Shown piece by piece: positions 1 to 6,977 of a DNA stretch of 64,000 nucleotides. The DNA is taken from the IMG/VR virus record IMGVR_UViG_3300037524_000424, positions 1 through 64,000 of that record. The stretch is one strand, 5' to 3'. Position 1 is the stretch's first letter. Each line of letters begins with the position of its first letter. A program made the position numbers and the translations under genes. The notes under the pieces were generated by a model, which saw only the letters and a program-made list of their open reading frames with translations, was not told the DNA's origin and searched no databases. This DNA comes from a virus. Lineage: Duplodnaviria; Caudoviricetes.

Positions 1-51
1 ATTGTATGATCTTCGTACAATCTGGCTCTCAAACTTATCTTACACTCTGCG

Positions 52-324
52 TCATAACTCCTTCAACAATCTCTCAACTTCTTCAAAACTAGTCAACTCA
101 ACATCCAGCCCCTCTATAGCGTCTAAATAGTGGCGATGCTTGGCGGGATTAATAGCCGAAAAATAGTCCCAACCTCGATCCTCAGAGTCAAGCATCCATA
201 GTGCCACTTTTCCGTTTCTCATGCATACCGAAGTGCCATCAAAGCCGCGATCTTTGAGAATCTGATAAAGATCTTCTAGCTTGGCTCGAGTTCCCCTGAT
301 TATATAGCGTTCTACTGGTTTCAA
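52..324 (-). CDS. hypothetical phage protein
   Basis: 90 aa ORF, 4-nt overlap with the upstream gene; no recognisable motif. Confidence 0.6.
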   Translation of the reverse strand: MKPVERYIIRGTRAKLEDLYQILKDRGFDGTSVCMRNGKVALWMLDSEDRGWDYFSAINPAKHRHYLDAIEGLDVELTSFEEVERLLKEL

Positions 325-887
325 GTCCTCTCCCTCTTCATAGCCCGCATAATCCGTCCATAAACCTTAGCCGTAGCCGCAGCGTCCCATACCGCATCAT
401 GCGCTCTACCCTCAAACGGCAGCCCAAGTCGTTTACAACAAGTCTTAAGTCCGCCACTGATGTTAAGTCCATTGGCTTCGGCGTAAGCCCGGTATAAATG
501 CTTTACATTAAATCCTGAGCGTCCAAACATCCAACTCGTGTCCTTTCCTAGCTCCTTCTTTAGTGCCTCGTCATCCCCTCCACCCCATTGTAGCAGTGCC
601 CTAGAGGTCTTATAGTGGGCTTGAAGACGTACCATCTCTTCATAGGCAAAGTCCAGAGAAACTCCAAGTTCCAAGTCCTCGTTAGTGATGCCCGTCAGTT
701 TTTGGATATAGCCGCTGATTGGGACTCCAATATTGATGTGATAGCCGCGAGTTTCGATGATACCAACTTCTGGGTCATAGACCGCCAGTCCGACTTGGAT
801 TATAGCCGCCTCGTCAAGCTGAGAGTCTGGAGTTTGGGGGTTAGTCTTGTTCTGTTCAAGCTCTAAATCAAGAGATAGATGTATCAT
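321..887 (-). CDS. DEDDh 3'-5' exonuclease (DnaQ/RNase T-like)
   Basis: ExoI SLDLELE, ExoII-like WGGGDD, ExoIII HDAVWDA. Confidence 0.8.
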   Translation of the reverse strand: MIHLSLDLELEQNKTNPQTPDSQLDEAAIIQVGLAVYDPEVGIIETRGYHINIGVPISGYIQKLTGITNEDLELGVSLDFAYEEMVRLQAHYKTSRALLQWGGGDDEALKKELGKDTSWMFGRSGFNVKHLYRAYAEANGLNISGGLKTCCKRLGLPFEGRAHDAVWDAAATAKVYGRIMRAMKRERT

Positions 888-897
888 AGTCGCAACT

Positions 898-1197
898 TTA
901 AATTCGGTGTTCTATTAGGTTTATTTGCCTAGTAGAACAAAATGATTTAACTTTATTTATATGTGGGTTAAAAAAAGAATCCCCTTCTTTAAAAAAAATA
1001 CCTACTTCATCTACATCTAGAAGGCTAACAATACCATAAATTCTTTCCATGTTGTGAGGTTTAACTGTAATTATCTGTATCCTCAACTGTTTATCTTCAG
1101 TAATATAGCTGTCTAAATATTTAGTGAAATATCTTCCTAGTTTATTTTCCAGTTCTTGAGTCCTTTCGTCGTTAGCCGTCAAAAATAATTTTCTCAT
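898..1197 (-). CDS. hypothetical protein
   Basis: 99 aa ORF coupled to dUTPase. Confidence 0.6.
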   Translation of the reverse strand: MRKLFLTANDERTQELENKLGRYFTKYLDSYITEDKQLRIQIITVKPHNMERIYGIVSLLDVDEVGIFFKEGDSFFNPHINKVKSFCSTRQINLIEHRI

Positions 1198-1643
1198 AGT
1201 CCGCTCCCTCCGAAACCTGAAGTCCCTCGTTCATTTTCTTCTAGCTCGTCAGTCATCTCAAACTCAACTCCGAGTACAGGCACTATTTTTAGCTGCGCTA
1301 TCCTATCTCCTACTTCATAGATTTTAGGATTATATAGCCCGATCATTCCCTGCGGATACATAGTTTGCTTAAATCGAAGCATGACCTCACCGGAAAATCC
1401 GCTGTCTATTACAGCAACGTGATTACAAAGACTTAGATCATACTTGGATATAGAACTTCTAGGATATATTAAAGCTGCGAACCCACGAGGCACCTCAAAT
1501 GCTAAAGAAGTCCCAAATTCCCAGAACTTATGATCCCAGTCAAACCGTCGGCTAGTCGCAGTTAAATCAAAGCAAGCATCCCAAGTGTGTGCCTTAGTCG
1601 GGACTTTAGCGTCAGGTCTAAGGGGTCGTATTTTAATAATCAT
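1194..1643 (-). CDS. dut: trimeric dUTPase
   Basis: Motifs ACFDL, PRSS, VIDSGFSGE, GDRIAQL, RGTSGFGGSG. Confidence 0.95.
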   Translation of the reverse strand: MIIKIRPLRPDAKVPTKAHTWDACFDLTATSRRFDWDHKFWEFGTSLAFEVPRGFAALIYPRSSISKYDLSLCNHVAVIDSGFSGEVMLRFKQTMYPQGMIGLYNPKIYEVGDRIAQLKIVPVLGVEFEMTDELEENERGTSGFGGSGL

Positions 1644-1652
1644 AATAAAATC

Positions 1653-1943
1653 CTAATGCATTTCCAGTTTCTTAATCCTATTCTCCAGTTTCCGCAGTCT
1701 TAGCTCCTTGACGTACTCTATAGCCGAGCCTAGTTCCAGCATAGCGTCATGCTCTCGGTCAGTAGTGATATAGACTACATCATTATCCTCGTCAAGCATA
1801 ATGTCTTCTACGAAAATATCAATAAACTCGTCCATTTCCTCTACGAAAACTTTAATGGTCTGTCCCACTAGCTCGTCCAAGTCATGCTGGGGAAAGATGG
1901 CAGGTGGTTGAAACTTGATTACCTTACTCACGGGGCACCTCAT
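1653..1943 (-). CDS. hypothetical protein (true start may be GTG at 1931)
   Basis: ORF in operon; GAGG precedes GTG at 1931. Confidence 0.55.
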   Translation of the reverse strand: MRCPVSKVIKFQPPAIFPQHDLDELVGQTIKVFVEEMDEFIDIFVEDIMLDEDNDVVYITTDREHDAMLELGSAIEYVKELRLRKLENRIKKLEMH

Positions 1944-2184
1944 GGTCTATCAGGATTTCCCGGTACAACTCTTCTAAGAAGTCCATAAGCTCGTTTACGG
2001 CTGGATTTTCGGCTATAATTTCATTTACCCTATCATTATGGTAGCCGTGCTTATGTCGTGGTCTAAAAAGCACATCCCAGACCTCGTGGATGGCACGTTT
2101 ATAGGAGTATGCCTTCACTACATCTACGACTTCTGAATCGTCCTGACATTTTACTGTAATTTGGTAACGGGGTGCATCAAACAT
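1924..2184 (-). CDS. hypothetical protein
   Basis: ATG at 2184 preceded by GGAGG; start shortened relative to the ORF track. Confidence 0.6.
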   Translation of the reverse strand: MFDAPRYQITVKCQDDSEVVDVVKAYSYKRAIHEVWDVLFRPRHKHGYHNDRVNEIIAENPAVNELMDFLEELYREILIDHEVPRE

Positions 2185-2192
2185 ATTGCCTC

Positions 2193-2678
2193 CTAGGTCC
2201 ACCAGTATGGACTGTATTGCTTTAAAAGATCCCAAAGTAGGTTATAGTCGCGGCTGTAAATACGGTTCCCAAAATCCATGACTGCCCGAAAGTCAGCAGT
2301 TTCTTCAGCATCGCGGTCCGGGGAAGAGTTAGCGCGTTTGAAGTTAAGAATCCCCGTCCCGCTAGGGACTAGGTCGCCCCACTTTTTTTCAAAGTCAGCG
2401 TAGGCTCTAGTAGCATAACATATACTATCTCTAGTTGTCAACCGTTTTAATAACATAATACAAATCCTGAGAGCTACCATAGGACGATACTCGTCTTTGT
2501 CGCTTGGATCTTGAGTCCAAACAAAATTAGTATTGGATATTGATTCTGTATACATACGCTCTAGTTTATATAACATAACCTCTAGGAGATATTGACTATC
2601 CCAATCGTAGTTATGGCGCATCTTCCAGCCCCAGCTAGTGGCACGACTGATAGTTCTAAATCCGCTATATAAGTTCAT
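2193..2678 (-). CDS. hypothetical phage protein
   Basis: 161 aa ORF overlapping the upstream stop by 4 nt. Confidence 0.65.
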   Translation of the reverse strand: MNLYSGFRTISRATSWGWKMRHNYDWDSQYLLEVMLYKLERMYTESISNTNFVWTQDPSDKDEYRPMVALRICIMLLKRLTTRDSICYATRAYADFEKKWGDLVPSGTGILNFKRANSSPDRDAEETADFRAVMDFGNRIYSRDYNLLWDLLKQYSPYWWT

Positions 2679-3271
2679 TCAAGACTCCCTTCTGGTCGCA
2701 GTGCCCGGTTGTAGAAGTAGGCATTTCTAACTCTATGACCCTCAGCAAAATATATCCTAATAGCCCGATCTAACCCACCAATGCTACAATTTACTAAATA
2801 AGCGAACAGTTTGCCAAAAGTAGCAGCACCAAGCACCTTACGTCGGTAGAAAGTCCTAAGAGTAAAGTATGCTTGTAACTTACCAGAAGTAGGTATTTCT
2901 CTAATTCCGTGCCTATTCAGCTTAGTCGCCTGCATAGCCTCTATTATAAACGCAATATAAACGAAAGGCAAGAAAATAGTGCCGACTTTAGGATTTCTCA
3001 TAATGAAAAACATCATAAAGCGAATTGGGTGTAAAGAGTGGTGTCCAAATAGCGGCAACTCTTCCATAGTTTTAGGAGAAAATTGGGCTATCCATCCGTA
3101 TATTAAGTTCCAGTTATCGTGACTGAAGTTCTGTTCAGCTAGTGCCTCATTACCATTAGTTCGGTAGTAGGACTGGATAAAGTCAAATACATTACCATAA
3201 TGAGAGTCTGTCTTATATAACAAGTCCTCTTGGCAGCTAAACATAATTTCGTTGGTGCTGTAATTACTCAT
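2675..3271 (-). CDS. hypothetical protein
   Basis: Start placed at ATG 3271 (ATGA overlap with the small ORF 3268-3378). Confidence 0.6.
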   Translation of the reverse strand: MSNYSTNEIMFSCQEDLLYKTDSHYGNVFDFIQSYYRTNGNEALAEQNFSHDNWNLIYGWIAQFSPKTMEELPLFGHHSLHPIRFMMFFIMRNPKVGTIFLPFVYIAFIIEAMQATKLNRHGIREIPTSGKLQAYFTLRTFYRRKVLGAATFGKLFAYLVNCSIGGLDRAIRIYFAEGHRVRNAYFYNRALRPEGSLE

Positions 3272-3378
3272 ATTGTATATCCTGTTAAAACGCTGAACAT
3301 ATTTACTATAATCCAAAAATAGACGGTAAGTCCCAAAAATGCCAATATTATCAGTGTTAAGGGGTTAGCCGGTCTCAT
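3268..3378 (-). CDS. 36 aa single-pass membrane peptide (not in ORF track)
   Basis: GGAG RBS; MRPANPLTLIILAFLGLTVYFWIIVNMFSVLTGYTI; ATGA coupling to the next gene. Confidence 0.6.
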   Translation of the reverse strand: MRPANPLTLIILAFLGLTVYFWIIVNMFSVLTGYTI

Positions 3379-3387
3379 ATAATCTCC

Positions 3388-3436
3388 AAAAAGAAAGCCC
3401 CGGTAAAGGTTAAGGGGGATTAAGCCTCTACCGGGG
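3388..3436 (-). terminator. intrinsic terminator
   Basis: Minus strand CCCCGGTAGAGG...CCTTTACCGGGG followed by CTTTCTTTTT. Confidence 0.75.
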
Positions 3437-3468
3437 ATTTAGTCAGTAGTCGAAAGGGGGATTTCTGA

Positions 3469-3864
3469 CTACCAATCAGTATTAACAATCGGTTTATTTG
3501 CAATCTTCTTCTTACTGAAAGTCGGCACTTCTACCTTAGCTGGCGCAGAAGGTGTTCTAGTCTGCTGCACTTCCACTTTTTCCGCTACAACAGGAGGTTG
3601 AACTTCCTTATTCAACTCCTTGATTGTACGGGCATCATCCTGATACACATCTACTTTCGGGGGTAGGTAGACTTCATCAAATTCCTTTTCGCCTTTTAAT
3701 ACTAAATGTAAATCCTTTAGACCCAAGTCAACTCGAACAGGGAAATCCAACTGAGTACGGAGGTAAATCCTACTTGACTTATCTCCTTGAGATTCAACAA
3801 AAGATACGTCATCTGTGTTAATTAGTCTATGTAGTCCAACATCAGTTCTTAAATATACTAACAT
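3469..3864 (-). CDS. hypothetical protein, N-terminus resembles FlbD/SwrD-like domain; paralog of 3858-4043
   Basis: LxTDxG-RLINTDDVSFVE pattern shared with the neighbour; low-complexity tail. Confidence 0.45.
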   Translation of the reverse strand: MLVYLRTDVGLHRLINTDDVSFVESQGDKSSRIYLRTQLDFPVRVDLGLKDLHLVLKGEKEFDEVYLPPKVDVYQDDARTIKELNKEVQPPVVAEKVEVQQTRTPSAPAKVEVPTFSKKKIANKPIVNTDW

Positions 3865-4043
3865 ACTTCCTCTCCTTTTATCAATCGAAAAAATGATTCT
3901 ATATCAGACTCAACTATAATATGTACTCCACTTGTAAGTAGTTGAACTACCAACATACCCTCACCATCTTCAAATACAGTAGTAATATGTTCCGTATTAA
4001 TAATAAATTTTCTTCCCTGGTAGTCATCAAGCTTAATTAACAT
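3858..4043 (-). CDS. small FlbD/SwrD-like protein
   Basis: MLIKLDDYQGRKFIINTEHITTVFE...IVESDIE resembles FlbD-family MIxLT..NG..F.LN...I..I; GGAGG RBS. Confidence 0.45.
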   Translation of the reverse strand: MLIKLDDYQGRKFIINTEHITTVFEDGEGMLVVQLLTSGVHIIVESDIESFFRLIKGEEVC

Positions 4044-4070
4044 AACTCTTTTACCTCCTGATATAATAAA

Positions 4071-4190
4071 ATATCACCTATAATCCTAACTTGATACTCC
4101 TCCTACCTTTAGGTAGAGGATTCCGGTTTAAATCTCTATTTGACATCTCTGTCTCCTTTTGATACGAGGTTGTATCCCAACCCAACATTA
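4071..4190 (-). ncRNA. predicted TnpB omega-RNA (scaffold ~4190-4091, guide 4090-4071 GUUAGGAUUAUAGGUGAUAU)
   Basis: IS200/IS605 right-end signature GAAT-CCTCTACCTAAAGGTAGGAGG-AGTA-TCAA ending at 4091; upstream hairpin GGTTG-GGATA-CAACC (4182-4168). Confidence 0.7.
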
Positions 4191-5197
4191 AGAATTACAC
4201 GAGCAGAATTTACATCTCTATCGTGCTGTGCCCCACAAGCACATTCCCAATGCCTTACCGAAAGCTCACTCAATCCTTTGGGACCAGTTAAGTCCCCGCA
4301 AACCGAGCAAGTCATTGTGGTATATTGACTATCTACTAATTTCACTGCCCTACCGTGATTGTTACCCTTGTAGGAGATGAAAGTTCGTAATTGTGAAATT
4401 CCTGCGTCACCAACCGATTTCCCAAAGATTTTAGCTTGTCCTTTTAAATTATCGTTGGTGATATAGATTTCTTTATAATTTTGAACTATTTCCTTAGAAA
4501 CTTTATGGTTATAGTCCTTACGTCTATTTTTGTTTCTTTCATGAAGTCTTGCAACTAGTTTTCTATTCTTACCTCTTTGTGCTTGAGCTAATCTTTTTTG
4601 CCCTTTAACATAATATCTATTATTCTCAAAAATCTTCCCGTCAGACAGTGTAGCTAGAGACTTGAATCCTGTATCAATACCAACTTTTAAATCGGTTTCT
4701 TTTACTTGAAAAATACGATTAACATCAATCGTCAGTATAAGATACCAACCAGAAGCTCTCTTAATTATCCTACCATTCTTAATTTTACCCATAGGCAATT
4801 CTTGTTTATGAAAACGTAACTCTCCGATAGTAGGTAATTTTATCCTATTTCCTTTAATTTTACTTTGTGGTATAGCATCTGGAAAGGGAATAGAATTAAA
4901 TTTATTTCTTATTCCCTTAAGTTTTGGTTCTTTTGCTAGTTTTTTAAAACATCTATCCCAAGAATTATACGCTTGATTTAAGGTTCCTTGAATTGTATGC
5001 GAAGGAATCCCTATTTGTTTACTATGATTCGATAATAAGTTACAAAACTCAAACTTAGAATAATAAATTTTATCACTAGCATCTTGCTTAATTTTTCTGA
5101 TTCCCCAGTTATAAACACCAGTTAAAATCCACAACCATTCGGTCAAAGAGTCTTCTTGTTTTCTGGTTAGTCTTAATTTTAATTCTCTAGTTCTCAT
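4136..5197 (-). CDS. tnpB: TnpB (IS200/IS605 OrfB family), RuvC-II glutamate absent, predicted nuclease-dead
   Basis: N-terminal HTH KLRLTRKQE; RuvC-I GIDTG; zinc finger CSVC/CAC; RuvC-III HDRDVNSA; IYITNDNL where IxIEDL is expected. Confidence 0.9.
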   Translation of the reverse strand: MRTRELKLRLTRKQEDSLTEWLWILTGVYNWGIRKIKQDASDKIYYSKFEFCNLLSNHSKQIGIPSHTIQGTLNQAYNSWDRCFKKLAKEPKLKGIRNKFNSIPFPDAIPQSKIKGNRIKLPTIGELRFHKQELPMGKIKNGRIIKRASGWYLILTIDVNRIFQVKETDLKVGIDTGFKSLATLSDGKIFENNRYYVKGQKRLAQAQRGKNRKLVARLHERNKNRRKDYNHKVSKEIVQNYKEIYITNDNLKGQAKIFGKSVGDAGISQLRTFISYKGNNHGRAVKLVDSQYTTMTCSVCGDLTGPKGLSELSVRHWECACGAQHDRDVNSARVILNVGLGYNLVSKGDRDVK

Positions 5198-5206
5198 AAA
5201 CCTATT

Positions 5207-5368
5207 TTACTCCAAAACTTTAACCCTGTCAAGAAAAAAGTCCTCATACACATTTATTACAGTCCAAGCTATATGATCGTAAGTATCCTGGTCGCAATCT
5301 ATCTTGCATATAACAGCAATATCAATATCCACAACTCCAACTAACTTAGTCACGAGGTGCCTGCGCAT
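5207..5368 (-). CDS. small hypothetical protein
   Basis: Start taken at ATG 5368 (GAGG upstream, overlaps the previous gene end). Confidence 0.45.
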   Translation of the reverse strand: MRRHLVTKLVGVVDIDIAVICKIDCDQDTYDHIAWTVINVYEDFFLDRVKVLE

Positions 5369-5681
5369 AGTCGAGGAGTTTGGCGTACAACCCATCCATA
5401 ATTCTAAGATTCTCATCAGCCAACACCAAAGCATCTCCTTCGGGTTTCTGCTTCTCATAAGTATCCTTGGCATAATCAATTACTCCAGATACCGCCATGG
5501 TGATGCTTCGCAACTCAAAAGGATTAACATTACATACCGCAGTGTTCAATGTAAATTTGTCTGACATCCTCTCGAAATAACGACGCTCACTACGATCCTT
5601 GCGCTTTCTAGCAGCCTCAGCAAAATCTTCCATAAGAATCATTAAAAACAGCTTCTCTTCTCGGTCTAATTGTAGTTGCAT
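5346..5681 (-). CDS. hypothetical protein
   Basis: GGAGG RBS before ATG 5681, just downstream of a sigma70 promoter. Confidence 0.65.
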   Translation of the reverse strand: MQLQLDREEKLFLMILMEDFAEAARKRKDRSERRYFERMSDKFTLNTAVCNVNPFELRSITMAVSGVIDYAKDTYEKQKPEGDALVLADENLRIMDGLYAKLLDYAQAPRD

Positions 5682-5698
5682 AAGTCCTCCATGAAGAA

Positions 5699-5728
5699 AT
5701 TGTAACACAACAGAGGTCAGCAAGTCAA
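5699..5728 (-). promoter_or_regulatory. sigma70-type promoter for the tnpB-containing operon
   Basis: TTGACT-18 bp-TACAAT. Confidence 0.65.
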
Positions 5729-5756
5729 CAAAAATCTTTTGTAGGACAAAAAAGGC

Positions 5757-6150
5757 GTACTGGTGACAGGTCTTTCCGGGTTAATACTACAGCATTATTC
5801 CCGGAAATAGCGGTTGGTTAGAACGAGGAGTTTATGTCAGATTCCAGTTCCTACTGTTTAAGACGTTTAAGTCTCATTAACCCGGTAGGCGCAAAGTAAC
5901 AACCAAAGAAGCGTCTGTTACCTGACTTTTTCTCATCTATATTAGAATAACCGTTGTTCTGCTGCCTGTCCTTGCTCGTGTTGTTCAGCCGAACTCGAGT
6001 CTCATACCCTGGTCATGAACTTAGCCGATATACAGGTTTGTCGTTCAGAGGACTTCGAGTAGCATCATAGGGAAGTGCTTTAAGTTTAGTGTCCGAAAAC
6101 AGTTAAAAGGACTGCTTGTTGCTACGATGCTTAGATAGCAAAAAAGCATA
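5757..6150 (-). ncRNA. candidate large structured ncRNA (~390 nt)
   Basis: No long ORF; at least 8 nested helices; own TTGACA/TACTAT promoter; T-tract after the 3' end. Confidence 0.5.
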
Positions 6151-6159
6151 ATGCCTATC

Positions 6160-6188
6160 ATAGTATCACTTGTAATTTTGGATGTCAA
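6160..6188 (-). promoter_or_regulatory. sigma70-type promoter
   Basis: TTGACA-17 bp-TACTAT pointing into the non-coding region. Confidence 0.7.
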
Positions 6189-6223
6189 GAAAAAAGTGAT
6201 GTATAATATAAATTATTTATGGT

Positions 6224-6232
6224 CATCAAGTA
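6224..6232 (+). promoter_or_regulatory. CATCAAGTA late-gene motif copy 1
   Basis: Exact 9-mer followed by TATTATAA, upstream of the packaging operon. Confidence 0.65.
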
Positions 6233-6328
6233 TATTATAAGCGGCTGATAATTTGGAAAGTCCTAGTGGACAATAAAAAATTAAGCCATTAACATTAACC
6301 GCTTTCATTACGCCGTCACGGAGGAATT

Positions 6329-6592
6329 ATGCGCTTTCTAAAGGAATTGAACCATCCCTTATTTTTAATCGTCATTTACGTCATTAAAGTTGGGGTTGTT
6401 GGAGCAACTATCCCGGATGCACTCATAGTGGCAATCCTGGCGGCACTTATTTTTGGACTTAAGCACCTGAATATCAAACAACAGAATACATCCGAGAATG
6501 AGTTTAGGAATCAGGTATCCAGGGATTTAGCCGAGGTTAAGGCTAAGTTGTCGTCTATTAACCTACAGCAAGGAATGAATATCAGGAGATAG
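6329..6592 (+). CDS. membrane protein (2 TM plus coiled coil)
   Basis: GGAGG RBS; two hydrophobic segments. Confidence 0.65.
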   Translation: MRFLKELNHPLFLIVIYVIKVGVVGATIPDALIVAILAALIFGLKHLNIKQQNTSENEFRNQVSRDLAEVKAKLSSINLQQGMNIRR

Positions 6593-6597
6593 TCGAC

Positions 6598-6975
6598 ATG
6601 ACTAAGAAGATAAAAGATACTCCTATTAAGTCCTCAGAAGAAGTCCTTGATGCTATTAAAGCCGAAACTGACAGTGTTGAGGAGTTGAAGCAACAAATAG
6701 CCCGACTTGAGGAATTGTTGTCTAATGCCCGCAAAAAGAACGCTAAGTCGCACGAAGAAGAAATCATTATGGCAGAACTAAAGCGTATGTGGACTGTCCA
6801 TGTAGTCAAAGATGTCCCAATGTTTAAGACTAACGATGTGAAAAAGCTGAAAACTCTAGTCGAAGCATTGAATATTATTCGTAATGGTTTCAAAGAAGTT
6901 AAGCCCAAGGAAAAGGAAATGAGCGAGCAGGAGGCATTAAGAGTTATCAGTATGTTTAAGGAAGAAGCTGAGTAG
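6598..6975 (+). CDS. hypothetical protein, possible small terminase by position
   Basis: Coiled-coil protein directly before TerL; no diagnostic motif. Confidence 0.4.
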   Translation: MTKKIKDTPIKSSEEVLDAIKAETDSVEELKQQIARLEELLSNARKKNAKSHEEEIIMAELKRMWTVHVVKDVPMFKTNDVKKLKTLVEALNIIRNGFKEVKPKEKEMSEQEALRVISMFKEEAE

Positions 6976-6977
6976 TT

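Noticed and set aside
4025-4033. CATCAAGCT near-copy of the late motif
   Set aside because: One mismatch, antisense to the local genes, explained by coding for LIKLDD.
5835-5900. Plus-strand 21 aa ORF with GAGGAG RBS inside the ncRNA region
   Set aside because: No plus-strand promoter seen and the peptide is uninformative; more likely the antisense of an RNA helix.
5860-5935. Group I intron core (GAGACTTAAACG and GAGAAAAAGTC resemble R and S elements)
   Set aside because: They occur in the wrong order (S-like before R-like) and no interrupted gene flanks the region.
5757-5970. tRNA or tmRNA suggested by the GACAGG/CCTGTC-ACCA acceptor-like end
   Set aside because: No T-loop (GTTCRA), D-arm or tag reading frame; kept only as a feature of the ncRNA candidate.
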